This document shows positions 53,289 to 64,000 of a DNA stretch of 64,000 nt, piece after piece. How positions within the stretch are numbered: position 1 is the stretch's first letter; the number at the start of each line of letters is the position of its first letter. Origin of the DNA: Welwitschia mirabilis (lineage: Eukaryota). The stretch spans positions 12,177,383 through 12,241,382 of the forward strand of contig JBOZIK010000001.1 of assembly GCA_051453625.1 (NCBI GenBank). The letters are read 5' to 3'. A program made the translations under genes and the position numbers. The notes under the pieces were generated by a model. It did not search any database. It was not told the origin of the DNA and worked only from the letters and a program-made list of their open reading frames with translations.

Positions 53289-55100
53289 TAACTATCTCAA
53301 TTTATTTTTCCTTCTTACTTTCCTTTTTATTCCTTTGTTTTAAACACATGCTCTTCATTTGCTTCCAATACATACGGACATCTTTTAATAATTTTAAAAG
53401 AGGTAATGATATCAGTGTATCTTCTAAAACTTTTGTTAAATATTCTATGTCCTTTTTAATTTTTGGACATTCTACTTGTCTAGTTCTCATTGGAAAAGGT
53501 AGAGAATCTGCTAATGCATCAACAACTACTTCCTTCTTCGTATTTATTCATTCATCAACTAAATAGCTATTCAAATTTGTTTTCTTTCCTTGGTCTTCAT
53601 CTATCACCATCTGTTTTGCTTTCCTTGAACTTGGTTGAGGTTGAGTAGGAATTTTTCCTTCTTTCTTCTCTATCTCTTATTTTTCTTTCATGTCTTTTAA
53701 ATCTTTGTTTCTCCAATTTCTATAATAATTATATTGTTTTCTCTTTTAGCATTTATATGTTTTTGTAAAGGCTTTTTTGACTTACCTTTCCATTTCCTAC
53801 TTTGGTAAGGATATGGTTTTTTTCTTGCTTGAGGTTGATTCCCTATATTTAAATCTATTCTATTAATATCCAACCACTGAACAAATCCCTACATTTAAGG
53901 ACATTCTGTTCCTTCATGATTATCTTCTCCAAAATGTTCATATAAAGGTCTTTTTTCCTCTTTAAAGTGTCGTACAACTAACTAATCAAATTTTTCTACC
54001 ATACTATCAATCACTTTTTTAGCTACTTCTTTCATAAGACTAATACATAGCTACTTCTTCGATAAGACTGATATGCTTTGAGCTATACACACGATCATCT
54101 ATGTCAGGGATAAATACTTCATTTATTCCTTTCTTCTTTTCACTTTCTTGTTCCCATCCTTGCCTCATGTTATAAAACTTAGTAATAGATTCTCCTACCT
54201 CTTAAACATTTTTTGTCTTAATGCTTCCTCTACATCGTAAGCCTAATTCCTTTAAAGTTTAACTATGTAATCCTCTAAATAGAGATCTGACTAGTTCTCT
54301 GGCTATAATTCTATGCTTATGACATTTAGTTAATAATATATTATATCTATCCAAGAACTCATCAAATGTTTCATTATCTTTTTGTTTAATATTCAAAATT
54401 TGTTCTCTTAAATGTTCAACTATCTTTATGGGTTGAGATTTAGCTAAAAAAGCATTCTTAAGAGTTTCCCATAAACTAAAAGCATGATCATGATTTCTAT
54501 GATATCATAGTCGAGTATCCCCTTTTAAAGAAAAACGAAAATACCTCAAGAAATTAGATTCTAAGTCAAGATAATTTTCTTGGTAGAAGGAATCAAATAA
54601 ACTTAAATCCTATAGAGGTTCTTTTAATTTCTTATCCTCAAAAGTGGGTATTAATGGTATATTTATCTTTCTCACACTTTCTAAGTATTCTAAGGCTATC
54701 GGATTAATAGGACTTAAATCTTCTAGCTAATGAGTTTTATAATTCAAAGGTCTTGAATCTCCATCGTCTTCCCAATAACATCCTACTACAAATTTTGTTT
54801 CAGGTTTATTTATCCTAGCTATTTGGGAAGATTCTTCTTGAGTGATAAGTGATGTGAGAAGAATGCACAACCACTATGCTATTTTACTCATTAATTTAGA
54901 AAAGATTTATTTTTTTATAGTCTTTCCAACAGTAGTTTCATCCATACTAAAATCTTCCTCTTCTATCTCTATTTTAATCTTACTTCTCGTCTACTCATCC
55001 AAATTATATTTGTCAGATATTTTAACAAACTTACCTCTCTCATCTCGTCATTTTCCTTCACTATCATGTTGGATTGACTTCTTCATCTCTACTAGTTAGC
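53289..55100 (-). pseudogene. gag: gag of B1, degenerate
   Basis: Collinear with B2 gag; ORF 53302-53490 (KDIEYLTKVLEDTLISLP) matches ORF 50905-51150. Confidence 0.8.
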
Positions 55101-55107
55101 TATGAAA

Positions 55108-56021
55108 TTATGAAAGCTTATATTGTGAAATAAATGGAGAAAATACTAGGAAATTATGCTGAAAAATGTAGAAAACCATAATGATGTTAACCTAAAATAG
55201 ATTAAACCATTAAATTAAAATCAAATGTTTATTAAAGAACTAGCTGAAACCACTCAACACTTGAACCATTTATTTTAAAATGCACCATTAAGATAAACTC
55301 ATGATGAAGTTACTTGAACTAGTCAACTTGATAATTGATGAGTTAACTACATATAAACATTATGTAAGTTTCACTGAACGCTGAACAATACTTATTTTTA
55401 AGTATTGCTAATTATCCTAATTTATTTTCAGCTGCATAAAAAGGAGCAAGTAATGGAGGATATTACTTTTTTAAGTAATAAAATATGTTCACAATACTTC
55501 TTAAAAATATTAGTTTTCATCTTTACCAGAAGTTACACAGAAATGTATTGATAAGTTGTGTTTTCCTCTACAGGTAACACTAGAACTTTGGAAATGCTAC
55601 TACGCCCTTTTCAGAATGTCTGAAGCTTTCCTTTGACCTCTTGATTTGTTCTATTTCTAAAGACTTTTTTTTCAGAAGATCCTCCCTCCTTGTGGTGATC
55701 CTCTTCTTATACTTTTTAGCCCCTTTCTATTTTGCTAATTTCTTTTTTTGCTCCTGAAGGATAGGTTTATGGTTGAAGTTGTTGTGTTTCCACCACCTTG
55801 GTCTTCTCTCTCATCCTCATGCCAAATGGCATTTTGTACCTTTATATCTATCCATCTATATATATATGCTAACCTACTAACATACTAACTAATCTATTAA
55901 CTAGCTAGTACATTAACATAAGTACTAAAGAGAAATATCGAATACCATCTAAAATATATAATTATAAGAACAAAAATATTTTATTAATAAGAACAGTTTA
56001 CATCATTATTTTTACTCATCA
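55108..56021 (-). repeat. 5' LTR of B1
   Basis: Collinear with 34209-35223; ends ACTCATCA followed by the TSD TACAT. Confidence 0.93.
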
Positions 56022-56400
56022 TACATCATCCTTGGATGGAGGAAATGTGCTTAAATGTGAGATTTTAATGTCACTAGAAAAGTCACTAAACATTAACACT
56101 TGCTTAGAAATTATAGCACCATCCCCAATAATGGTGGTAATAATAAGTGCAAAGTCATTGCATCTTATGTCATACAATTCAATGAACCTTATGATTTTAT
56201 AATGTTTTTGAAAGTTTTCATATAATAGTCAAATGAACTGATGTTACCAAAAAACAAACAAGGTTATGAAATGCTTGGCACCTTATATCACATCAAGGTA
56301 TATATTTCATGAGGTCATTTCCCAATTTGACATCTTATGATGTTCTAAGAATTCAAATCTAATTAATGATGCATCCAACCTAAACACTATGGTTAAATAA
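56022..56400 (+). pseudogene. Possible additional RNase H (aRH, Tat-clade type) remnant, split by B1
   Basis: CLAPY...ISQFDIL*CSKNSNLINDA resembles L..Y...F..F.I.HV.R..N..ADA; the frame is open across the TSD when 34208 is joined to 56027. Confidence 0.4.
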
Positions 56401-56699
56401 CAATTTAATGTTGCCTTGACATCTTGCAAAACTCAGGAAACATTATATAGGTTACGGTGAAATTAATATGCCTTTGGCTTTAAAAATTAATAAAATGTTA
56501 CTTTAATTAGTTGTCAATCATCTAAGGTAAACGACGTATAGCCTAATCAATTGATACTGCACTTTGTTTTAAGTGTAATATGTGAGAGAGAGAGATATTA
56601 TTAAAAAAATAGAGGGGATGCATATTATAGTACATAATTCCCAAATGGAAAAATTCAAAATCCTAAGTTTCTTTGTAATAATACCAATGATGATGTCCA

Positions 56700-57500
56700 A
56701 TAAAATAATAAAATCTTAACACCTATCAATAATCACACGTGATGAGCTAAAGGAGTAGTAATAAAGGATTGCATTATAACAACAATGGATTTGCTCTTCT
56801 AGCACCATATTCTCTATTGATTTTACATTTCAAATTTTCTTATCTCAAATAATGGTAATCATTTCACAAGTAAGGTGTTGTAAAAATGTATTAAGTCTTA
56901 TGCTTTAAAGTGTAGTTTAACATCACTATATCATCTATAGGCTAATGATCAACTCAAGATTATTAATAGGGAGATTTTTTAAATTATCCTTAACCTTATT
57001 ATCAAATATGAGAAGAATTTATTTAATAAACTTCTTAAGACTTTATAATTTTACCATGCCTCTTATAAAAATCCCACTAAATATAACATTGTATAATGTC
57101 TTTATGGAAAACTTCATACTTCTCATTAAACTTGAAGATCAAAGTATATCTATGATGGTTGAGTTAGATCTTAACTTAGCCATCTCTCAAAAGAAAAGAC
57201 AAGCAATATTGAATATCTTAGATGAGGATATGGGAAACACCAAAGTCAACAAACTTCAATTTCTTCAAGAGGAACAATGGTTTGGTGTATAATCCCTTAC
57301 TAAACAATTCATCAACTAAATTCCTTACATACTGAGATGTACAACCAAACTAATTAATTTGTTCTATTTAGTAGCCACTAAATTGTGAGAACGTATAAGA
57401 CTTAAATAAGGCCTTGGACATGCAAGCTATTAATGTGACAACATTTGAAGAAATATCATCATCATGGTAATGATGATTAACACGATTAAGATGTACTCCT
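56700..57500 (+). pseudogene. pol: Ty3/gypsy integrase core remnant (older element)
   Basis: LISNNGNHFTSKVL...SLYHL*ANDQLKIINREI (from ISDNG.HF...PYHPQANGQ.E..NR). Confidence 0.75.
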
Positions 57501-59249
57501 ACCTTTTCTCGTATTATATTATAGAGTTCCCTCATGTTTTCTTTATAAATTTTCCTTTTTACTTGAATAGATATAGATTAGGATCTCTTTTTCTTTTTAT
57601 TCTTTTTATCTTAATTAATCAAATCTCTACATTTAAATTCACATGTTCAAATGATTTAATGAACAAGGATCATCATAATTTAACAAAAATAAGTTTATTT
57701 AGGTGATAATGTAGTATCCTATTCAAGTACAGATATGGTGGCTTTAGTTTTGTATTTTCATTTAAAGCATGAAGCATGTCCATTTTGTGAATACTAAAGT
57801 AGCTTCGTTAGTATTTACAAAAAAAAGGATTATGAATACTTAGTTATAAATAATATCTTTTTCAGATAAGTGAGTTCTAGATTTTACCTAACCTTGACTT
57901 CTCATGCACTTGAGGCCATAATTCATTCATGCAAAAAAATTGTGACTATAATAATTTTTGAGATAATCCAATGCCATAGCTATTATGCTACAATCGCATC
58001 CTAAAGACTCATTAAACTATGTAAAGTAATACTGCAGTCTTTCATATTACAGTTCCATATTACAACCACCCACTTGAAGGAATCATGTGTCAAGTGATCA
58101 TGATGTAAACAAATTTCAAGGAAGAGAGTTCATGAATTACTCTGGTGATCACTACTTTATATCATTATAAGATCTCCGATACTTTGGCAAAGACAACTCA
58201 TAATGAGAAACATGGCACCACTTCATACAATGTAATCTAATTCCAACCAAACACTATATATTCCATGTACTTTTTCCTTTAGTTTAAAGGAGGGAAGAAA
58301 AGAAAGAAGGGGGAAAAAGAAGAAGAAGAAGAAGAAGAGCCTAAAAACATTGATTACCAAGAGCCAACTATGTTTTCAACAAAAATGTAACTAGTTTTCA
58401 TTATGTTAAAACCCCTCCATTGCATTTATTTGTATTTATTTTACTCGCAACATGGTTTTACAAGATACATCCATTTTCCATCTCATTCAATTGCTGGTTT
58501 TATCTTTAAAATGTTCTCATTACAATATATGTGAACTTTTGTCATTGCCTATCAAGACCAATTCAATGGTGTCATTCAAGCTTTCATACTTTTACTCTGT
58601 ACCTTGTACTATTAACACTATGAGTAAAGACAAAATGAAAAACATGTTTTAGTGAGCAATCACTTTCATAATGCATTGTCAAGGTAGAAATAGCATCATT
58701 TACTAGAACTCACTTTGAGCTTTTCCATGATTACTGAATAGTCAAATCTAGAGTTGGTTAGTCAAAGTTATGATTATTGGAAAACAATACATTGTTCACG
58801 ATTATTTGTAAAAAAGAAAGGAGAAAATAAAAAAGTAAAATAGGTCTTATTAAATTCTTAATTTTTACAAATTGTAATGTTTATTAGTTTTCATGTGCAT
58901 CATAAAACATAGGATTTAACATTTCATAGGTTGCATCATAGGATTAGCATTTGTCATGCATTAATTTATTATCTTTGTTAACTCTGCCTTAACACACTGT
59001 AAAAATGTTGTATATGTAAGTAGTCATTCCTCTTGCTTTTTCACCTTTATTTACATGTCACACATTATGTTCTTGCTCTCTCCGCCCTCTCATTCTCTCA
59101 TTACCTATAGTAGTTACCTCTCTCTACCCTCCTTTTAACCATTGGATTCATAGTAATTATTACTACTACACCTTTCGTAACATAGCAAGATTGATATTTC
59201 AAATGCTCATAGTTGAGTTGGAGACATTTCATTAAAATTTTACCCCAGT

Positions 59250-60000
59250 GAACTTACATCATGTTTCTTTGGATGATGAATGGCACATAAAGCACCCATA
59301 AACCTATGCAAGGTAAGCATACCACTCCTCAAGAGCCTTCCCTCTTCAAAGGCGTAAAGTCTTCAAGGAATCCTGGATTATAGCTTTAGAACACACATTA
59401 AGGAAATAGGAACAATTTTGTAGAACATATTAGCAGCCAATTTATTTCTAGCATGTCCAATACATAAGGGCATTTACTATTCTGATAAGGTAATTGAGTT
59501 TTATAGAAACTAAAAACTAGACTACAAGACTCATACCTTTAGCCAATGTATAGCTACATGGGATCCTTATTGTGAACATTAAAGGAATGTCAGATGTACC
59601 TAAGCATTGCTCCCCAGAGAGTAAGTAATAAGTCCAAAATTCATGATTTATTGTTCATAAGGAGGTTTTATTGACTTTCCACCAAGACAAAAACAGATGA
59701 TGATTCAAATATCTTTAGAGCTTAAATTCTACATCAGAGAGGTTGATTATAAATATCATCCAATGGGTAGGCTTTCTACATTAGCAGTCCAGCATGTGAT
59801 CCTCTTCTTCATTATGAAGAGTAAAAGAAGAATAACATTATCATTTTCTTGTTTAAAGTAATGGAGATCCACACAAAGGATTTGGTGAGGAAGGTGCTTG
59901 ATGCCATCATCTATTTATTCTGTAGGTGAACTCAAGAGATCTGCAACAGAAATGGTATTAGCTTCAAGAGGAATTTACACTACTTTTGAGTATTAATAGT
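59250..60000 (+). pseudogene. LINE ORF2 reverse transcriptase remnant
   Basis: In order: FKESWII (FF...W..I), DY/RLIPLANV (DYRPISLCNV), CSPE (ISPEQ), NGDPHKGF...HHLFIL (NG.P.GF...SPYLFIL). Confidence 0.55.
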
Positions 60001-60699
60001 TTCAAAGACAGATGTTGAAGGCCTTTAGTAACTGTATAACCCTTGTCTCCTATAACTAAATTAAAATACCATGAAAGATGGTTAAATGTATGGTTTTTTA
60101 TCACAAGTCCAAAAATGTTCTCATGAAAACCCAACCATGGAATTATGTATTGTGTGTTTTGTAAGCTATATGCCATGATAGATTCCATAGTCTTATGATA
60201 AGAATAAAGAAGTCCAACATGTATCAAGAGATTAGGATATGGTGTTATTTTCTAGTTAATGAAGAAATTTTAAACCTTAATAAAAGCATATTCCATAAGG
60301 TAATTAATTCCATTAAAAATCCTGAATTTTATAGTTGCCAACTAGTTGTAGTAACTAGTTTTTGAAATGTATGCTGAATTAATTGTTATGAAAAGTCATG
60401 ACCATGACTAGTTAAAGGACATGACTATTGATGTAATTTTTCATTCCCTATTTTTCCATTTCATTTTTAATCATCTTTAAATGGTTTCTAAAATTTTGAA
60501 TATATAATGAATTGAGTGAGTAAGAGAGAATTCATTCTACCATTTACTTAATTATTTAATTTTGTAATTTATAATTTTGACTCCTATATTGACCATTACA
60601 TTGTATCAAAACCTTTCCAACAAATATCCCATTGGGTTGCTCCATGATCGAGGAACCTATGTAATGCAAAAAAGCTCCGTTTACAAGTTCTGTTATGGT

Positions 60700-61480
60700 G
60701 TATCATATTATCACTTGAAGTTTAAGCAATAGTACCCAAAAGCGACCACCAAGAGCAACCACAGCACCATCAACAATAAATCCATGACATCAAGAACCCT
60801 CGCAATGAGGAATGTGGATTTTTTTAAAGCACAAATTCCAAAAACGTATTTTGAAGAAGGTGGACAACTACCTTACATAAGAGGATATTACAGTCATAAA
60901 TGACAAGAAAAATGCTTGAGAGAGAACCTACAACAAATGAAGAAAAGTGATTACATGCCTATGTTTTGGATTATCATTGTCCATAATACCATCCCTGTTT
61001 GTAATGATCCAGGGAATGCCATCTCTGGAAGCCACATGGATCAAACTACAGAAGTTTTACAAAGAAACAAATGAAACAAAGTTGATAATGTGTTAATAAA
61101 AGATGATAATTGAAAATGGAAAACTAAAAAGGCATTTACCATGTAATTATAAAAATCAATAAGTTGTAAAAATATTAAGAGAGGATAGTTAGGAAGTCCT
61201 GGATACAAACATGATCAACTACCCAATTAAAGCTCTACCAAGCTCATGGAACAATTTGTACAGACCTTTAACACCTTTAGGAAAGGCGTCAAGCCATTCA
61301 AAGAATTATGTGCATGTTGAAGATGAAAAAGATGAAAAGATGATATCCAAAAAATCTTATGACAACACAGAATGAGCATATTCCATGACAAATATAAGGA
61401 ATGATGAACATCAAAAGATAGAGGGAAGATGCTTTGCAAAACAAGAGCCATTCTAATTGAGATCTACTGTTACAACCTTA
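60700..61480 (+). pseudogene. Probable Ty1/copia integrase to RT-start remnant
   Basis: RTLAMRNVDFFKAQIPKTYFEE (RTL...RSML..A.LPK.FW.EA), LCFG, NYRSF, DNVLIKDDN*KW, PFKELC...W, KTRAIL in copia order; each match is weak alone. Confidence 0.4.
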
Positions 61481-62449
61481 AAAAAAAACAGAGCGAAGGC
61501 ACCAAAGTTCAGGAAGATGAATTCACACTTCACAAAACCAAGAGCAAACCAAAAAATAGGAGAAAAAGGGTAATCAAGATGTAAGTAAGACACAATATAA
61601 TTATGATTATGTAAACCTTGGATGATTTAGATGTGGAAAGCCCTTAAGAAAGGTCTTGTAAACTATTATCTCGGTGATTAGAAATTTTTGGCTCCTTGGT
61701 ATGTTAATTCTCATTGTTTCAAACATTTCAGTGGTAATACAAAGTTGTTTAAAAACTTAAAACCAATACGATTTTACTCTGATTGCTCCAAGGCAATAAT
61801 GCTTCTATGTAGGTATGCGAAAAATAAGTACCAAGATTTTAAAAAGGGGTTAAAATAAATAATGTTTGTTATACTTTTAATGTTACAAACGTTACTTTTG
61901 TGTCACACAATTAAGCAATCCCAGCTATAAAATTGTTATGGAAGATGAAAATGATAAACCTGAGCATAAAATATTCAAAAAATACAACAATCAAGTGTTG
62001 GCATTAAGTGTTAGAATGGTGTACCAAAACAAAATCTTGTATAAAAAGCATCTGTCATGATTTAATGTTGAAAATGAAGGTTACCCCTTGCCACTCCATT
62101 TACATAGCATATTTAAAAATAGAGCATAAAACAAGATTCAAGTAAAGGTAAAGGTAAGAATGAGGTTTTAAGTTTCGTTCATGTAAAATCCCTCACCCTA
62201 TTTAAAGGGCTTAAATGTTCAAATCCTTACATGGTATGGTAGTAGGTTCATTTGCACAACTAATAAAAGAACTCTTCGTTCTCCTATGGGTGTTTAACCA
62301 TAAAAATCTGTGCGATTTGTGGCTCTTTTTGTTTTGTCTTGATAAGTGCCCCTTTTTTATTTAGGACATCATAGGTTCAAACCTTGAAGGAGGTGTTGTA
62401 TTATAAGAGCCTAATCATTTTTCCTTTCTTATCTTTTTCCCTCCTTCGC

Positions 62450-63330
62450 TAAGCACAAAGAAAACCTGTTTCTATAGTGGTCATGCATGAATAAAACATA
62501 TGCAATGCAAACAATGCGGAACAACCATCCTGCTAGGAAACAATATTTTGCCATAAGAAAGTTTTTGCACAAAGCTGCCAAATCACACCAAAGAGTGAGT
62601 GCACTCAAACTGAGAAACACTGCTGTAAATGACCTCAAAAAAGATGCTGATTCCTTTCCACTGAAATATGATATCAAATACAAAGTGGGAGACTCTTCTT
62701 CGAGACCTTGCTTTTATCGGTGCTAACAAACCTCAAGGGAATCCACACATGCAAAAAATCAATGACAGAATTTGAAATCAACAGCTCATGGTTTGAGGCC
62801 AACTTAAACCAATCCCCCATTTCCGGGGAATACTAGCAGTTAACAAACATATGATCTCTAGTCTCCATAGTTAATTTGCTAAAAACACAAGTGCCATTAT
62901 CAGTTAGCCCACTTCTTTTCAGGCAAGCTGATCTCATTTGAGGTATCAAGTCATAACTATTATAAAAATCCTTAACCTTGGGCTCATCATGATGTTATTC
63001 ACCAAGATAGGAAACCAAAGTCTTCACCTGCCATTGAAGACTTGTAAGCCTTAGATTGAAGAGGTGGTGTAACCTTGCTATAGGCATTTGTCAACAATTA
63101 GGTATTAAACCGTGCAATTTTTTTATGGATTCTCTAAATTGGAGATACATTGATGATTTGGCAGTGCGTTTGAAAACTTGTAACCACCATAAAGGTACAT
63201 TAAATTCATAATGTACACCCAAGGCTTATGGGGCATTCCCAATGTCCGAGCAAGTTTACCCAAAAATCCTTGTTCAGCTCAATATGATATCAAGGATTCA
63301 ATCCTCCCTTTCACCATGGCTTACAAACTG
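62450..63330 (-). pseudogene. LINE ORF2 C-terminus (zf-RVT domain)
   Basis: EPKVKDFY...LKRSGLTDNGTCVFSKLTMETRDHMFVNC*YS...I*YHISVERNQHLF matches PKVK.F.W...C.FC...ET.DHLF..C.YS and W.IW.ERN.R.F. Confidence 0.85.
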
Positions 63331-64000
63331 TCTTCCAATCCTTTATTTGGGTAATCATTATGGTTGTACTCCTAAAATAAGTAGTCACTATAAGTTTCCA
63401 CTTCAACGTTGCCATCTTGTTGTTTCATTTAGTTGTTTTATGCTTCACCACTTTATTATTGCTATGCATAACGTCTGCATTTTTCTAGCAATCATGTACA
63501 AAATTCCTGTTATTCATGTTATGTTTCTCTAACACATTTTTAATCTAAAACCATTATGTTTCTCTAATATTTTTTTAATATAAAACCATAAAAGACTCTA
63601 CACATGGATTTAAAATTTCAAAAATCTCATTCAACTAATTGTTCCATAATTTTTCATCTTACTTTTTACGCTTTAATTGACTTTGCCCAACTGAACATTT
63701 AAGAAGGGCATAATTTCTTTATATATACTTTACATAGAGAGATTTTTTTACAGTTACTTTAATTGTTCTAACATGAAATTTTTAATCTCACTGATATCTA
63801 GAATCAACAATCACTGTTCCTAATCAAGGCTGATTTTGCCAACATACAATAGCGTTCTGATCTCTAAAGCAAACCTTTAAGAACATTATATGTATGAACA
63901 AAAACGATAAAAACTGCCTATGTTATGTGGTGCATAGTGCCCATGCCAAATGTGTGCCGTGAATGTGAGAGTGCATACAAAAGGATCAAGATTTAAAGGA

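Larger units (their letters stand above)
34209..56021 (-). mobile_element. Element B1: Ty3/gypsy (Athila-like) LTR retrotransposon with both LTRs and a 5-bp TSD
   Basis: LTRs 55108-56021 and 34209-35223; TACAT at 34204-34208 and 56022-56026; gag-PR-RT-RH-IN order on the minus strand; PPT next to the 3' LTR. Confidence 0.9.

Noticed and set aside
57500..59200. Possible host gene or exons
   Set aside because: No recognisable protein motif or convincing exon structure; only a short (GAA)n tract at ~58319-58338.
62487..62726. 79-aa plus-strand ORF as a host gene
   Set aside because: It is the antisense of the LINE ORF2 C-terminal remnant.

Overview
Very AT-rich, CpG-depleted eukaryotic DNA, most likely plant nuclear, from a gapped scaffold with ten N-runs. 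I see no intact host gene, RNA gene or CRISPR array; the window is nested, decayed retroelements. (A) The 3' half of a plus-strand Athila-like Ty3/gypsy element (1-12288): RT-RNaseH-integrase, a 3' extra env-like ORF, PPT and a 1084-bp 3' LTR with TGTTGCG...CGCAACA termini. (C) An older minus-strand Ty3/gypsy remnant (~15270-23820) interrupted by a 1.73-kb two-repeat non-coding insert. (B) A minus-strand Athila-like element (34209-56021) bounded by two LTRs and a perfect TACAT target-site duplication; it has a long 3' extra ORF and contains a gap-bounded second copy of the same family with a tRNA-Asn-like PBS. B appears to sit inside an older Tat-like remnant. There are also three LINE fragments, a probable Ty1/copia fragment, and a ~7-kb decayed protein-like block (23821-30770) that I could not assign, which is the best lead for novelty. 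Almost all domains are broken by C>T/G>A changes, including in non-CpG contexts. All domain calls are from hand translation and motif recognition, not database searches.
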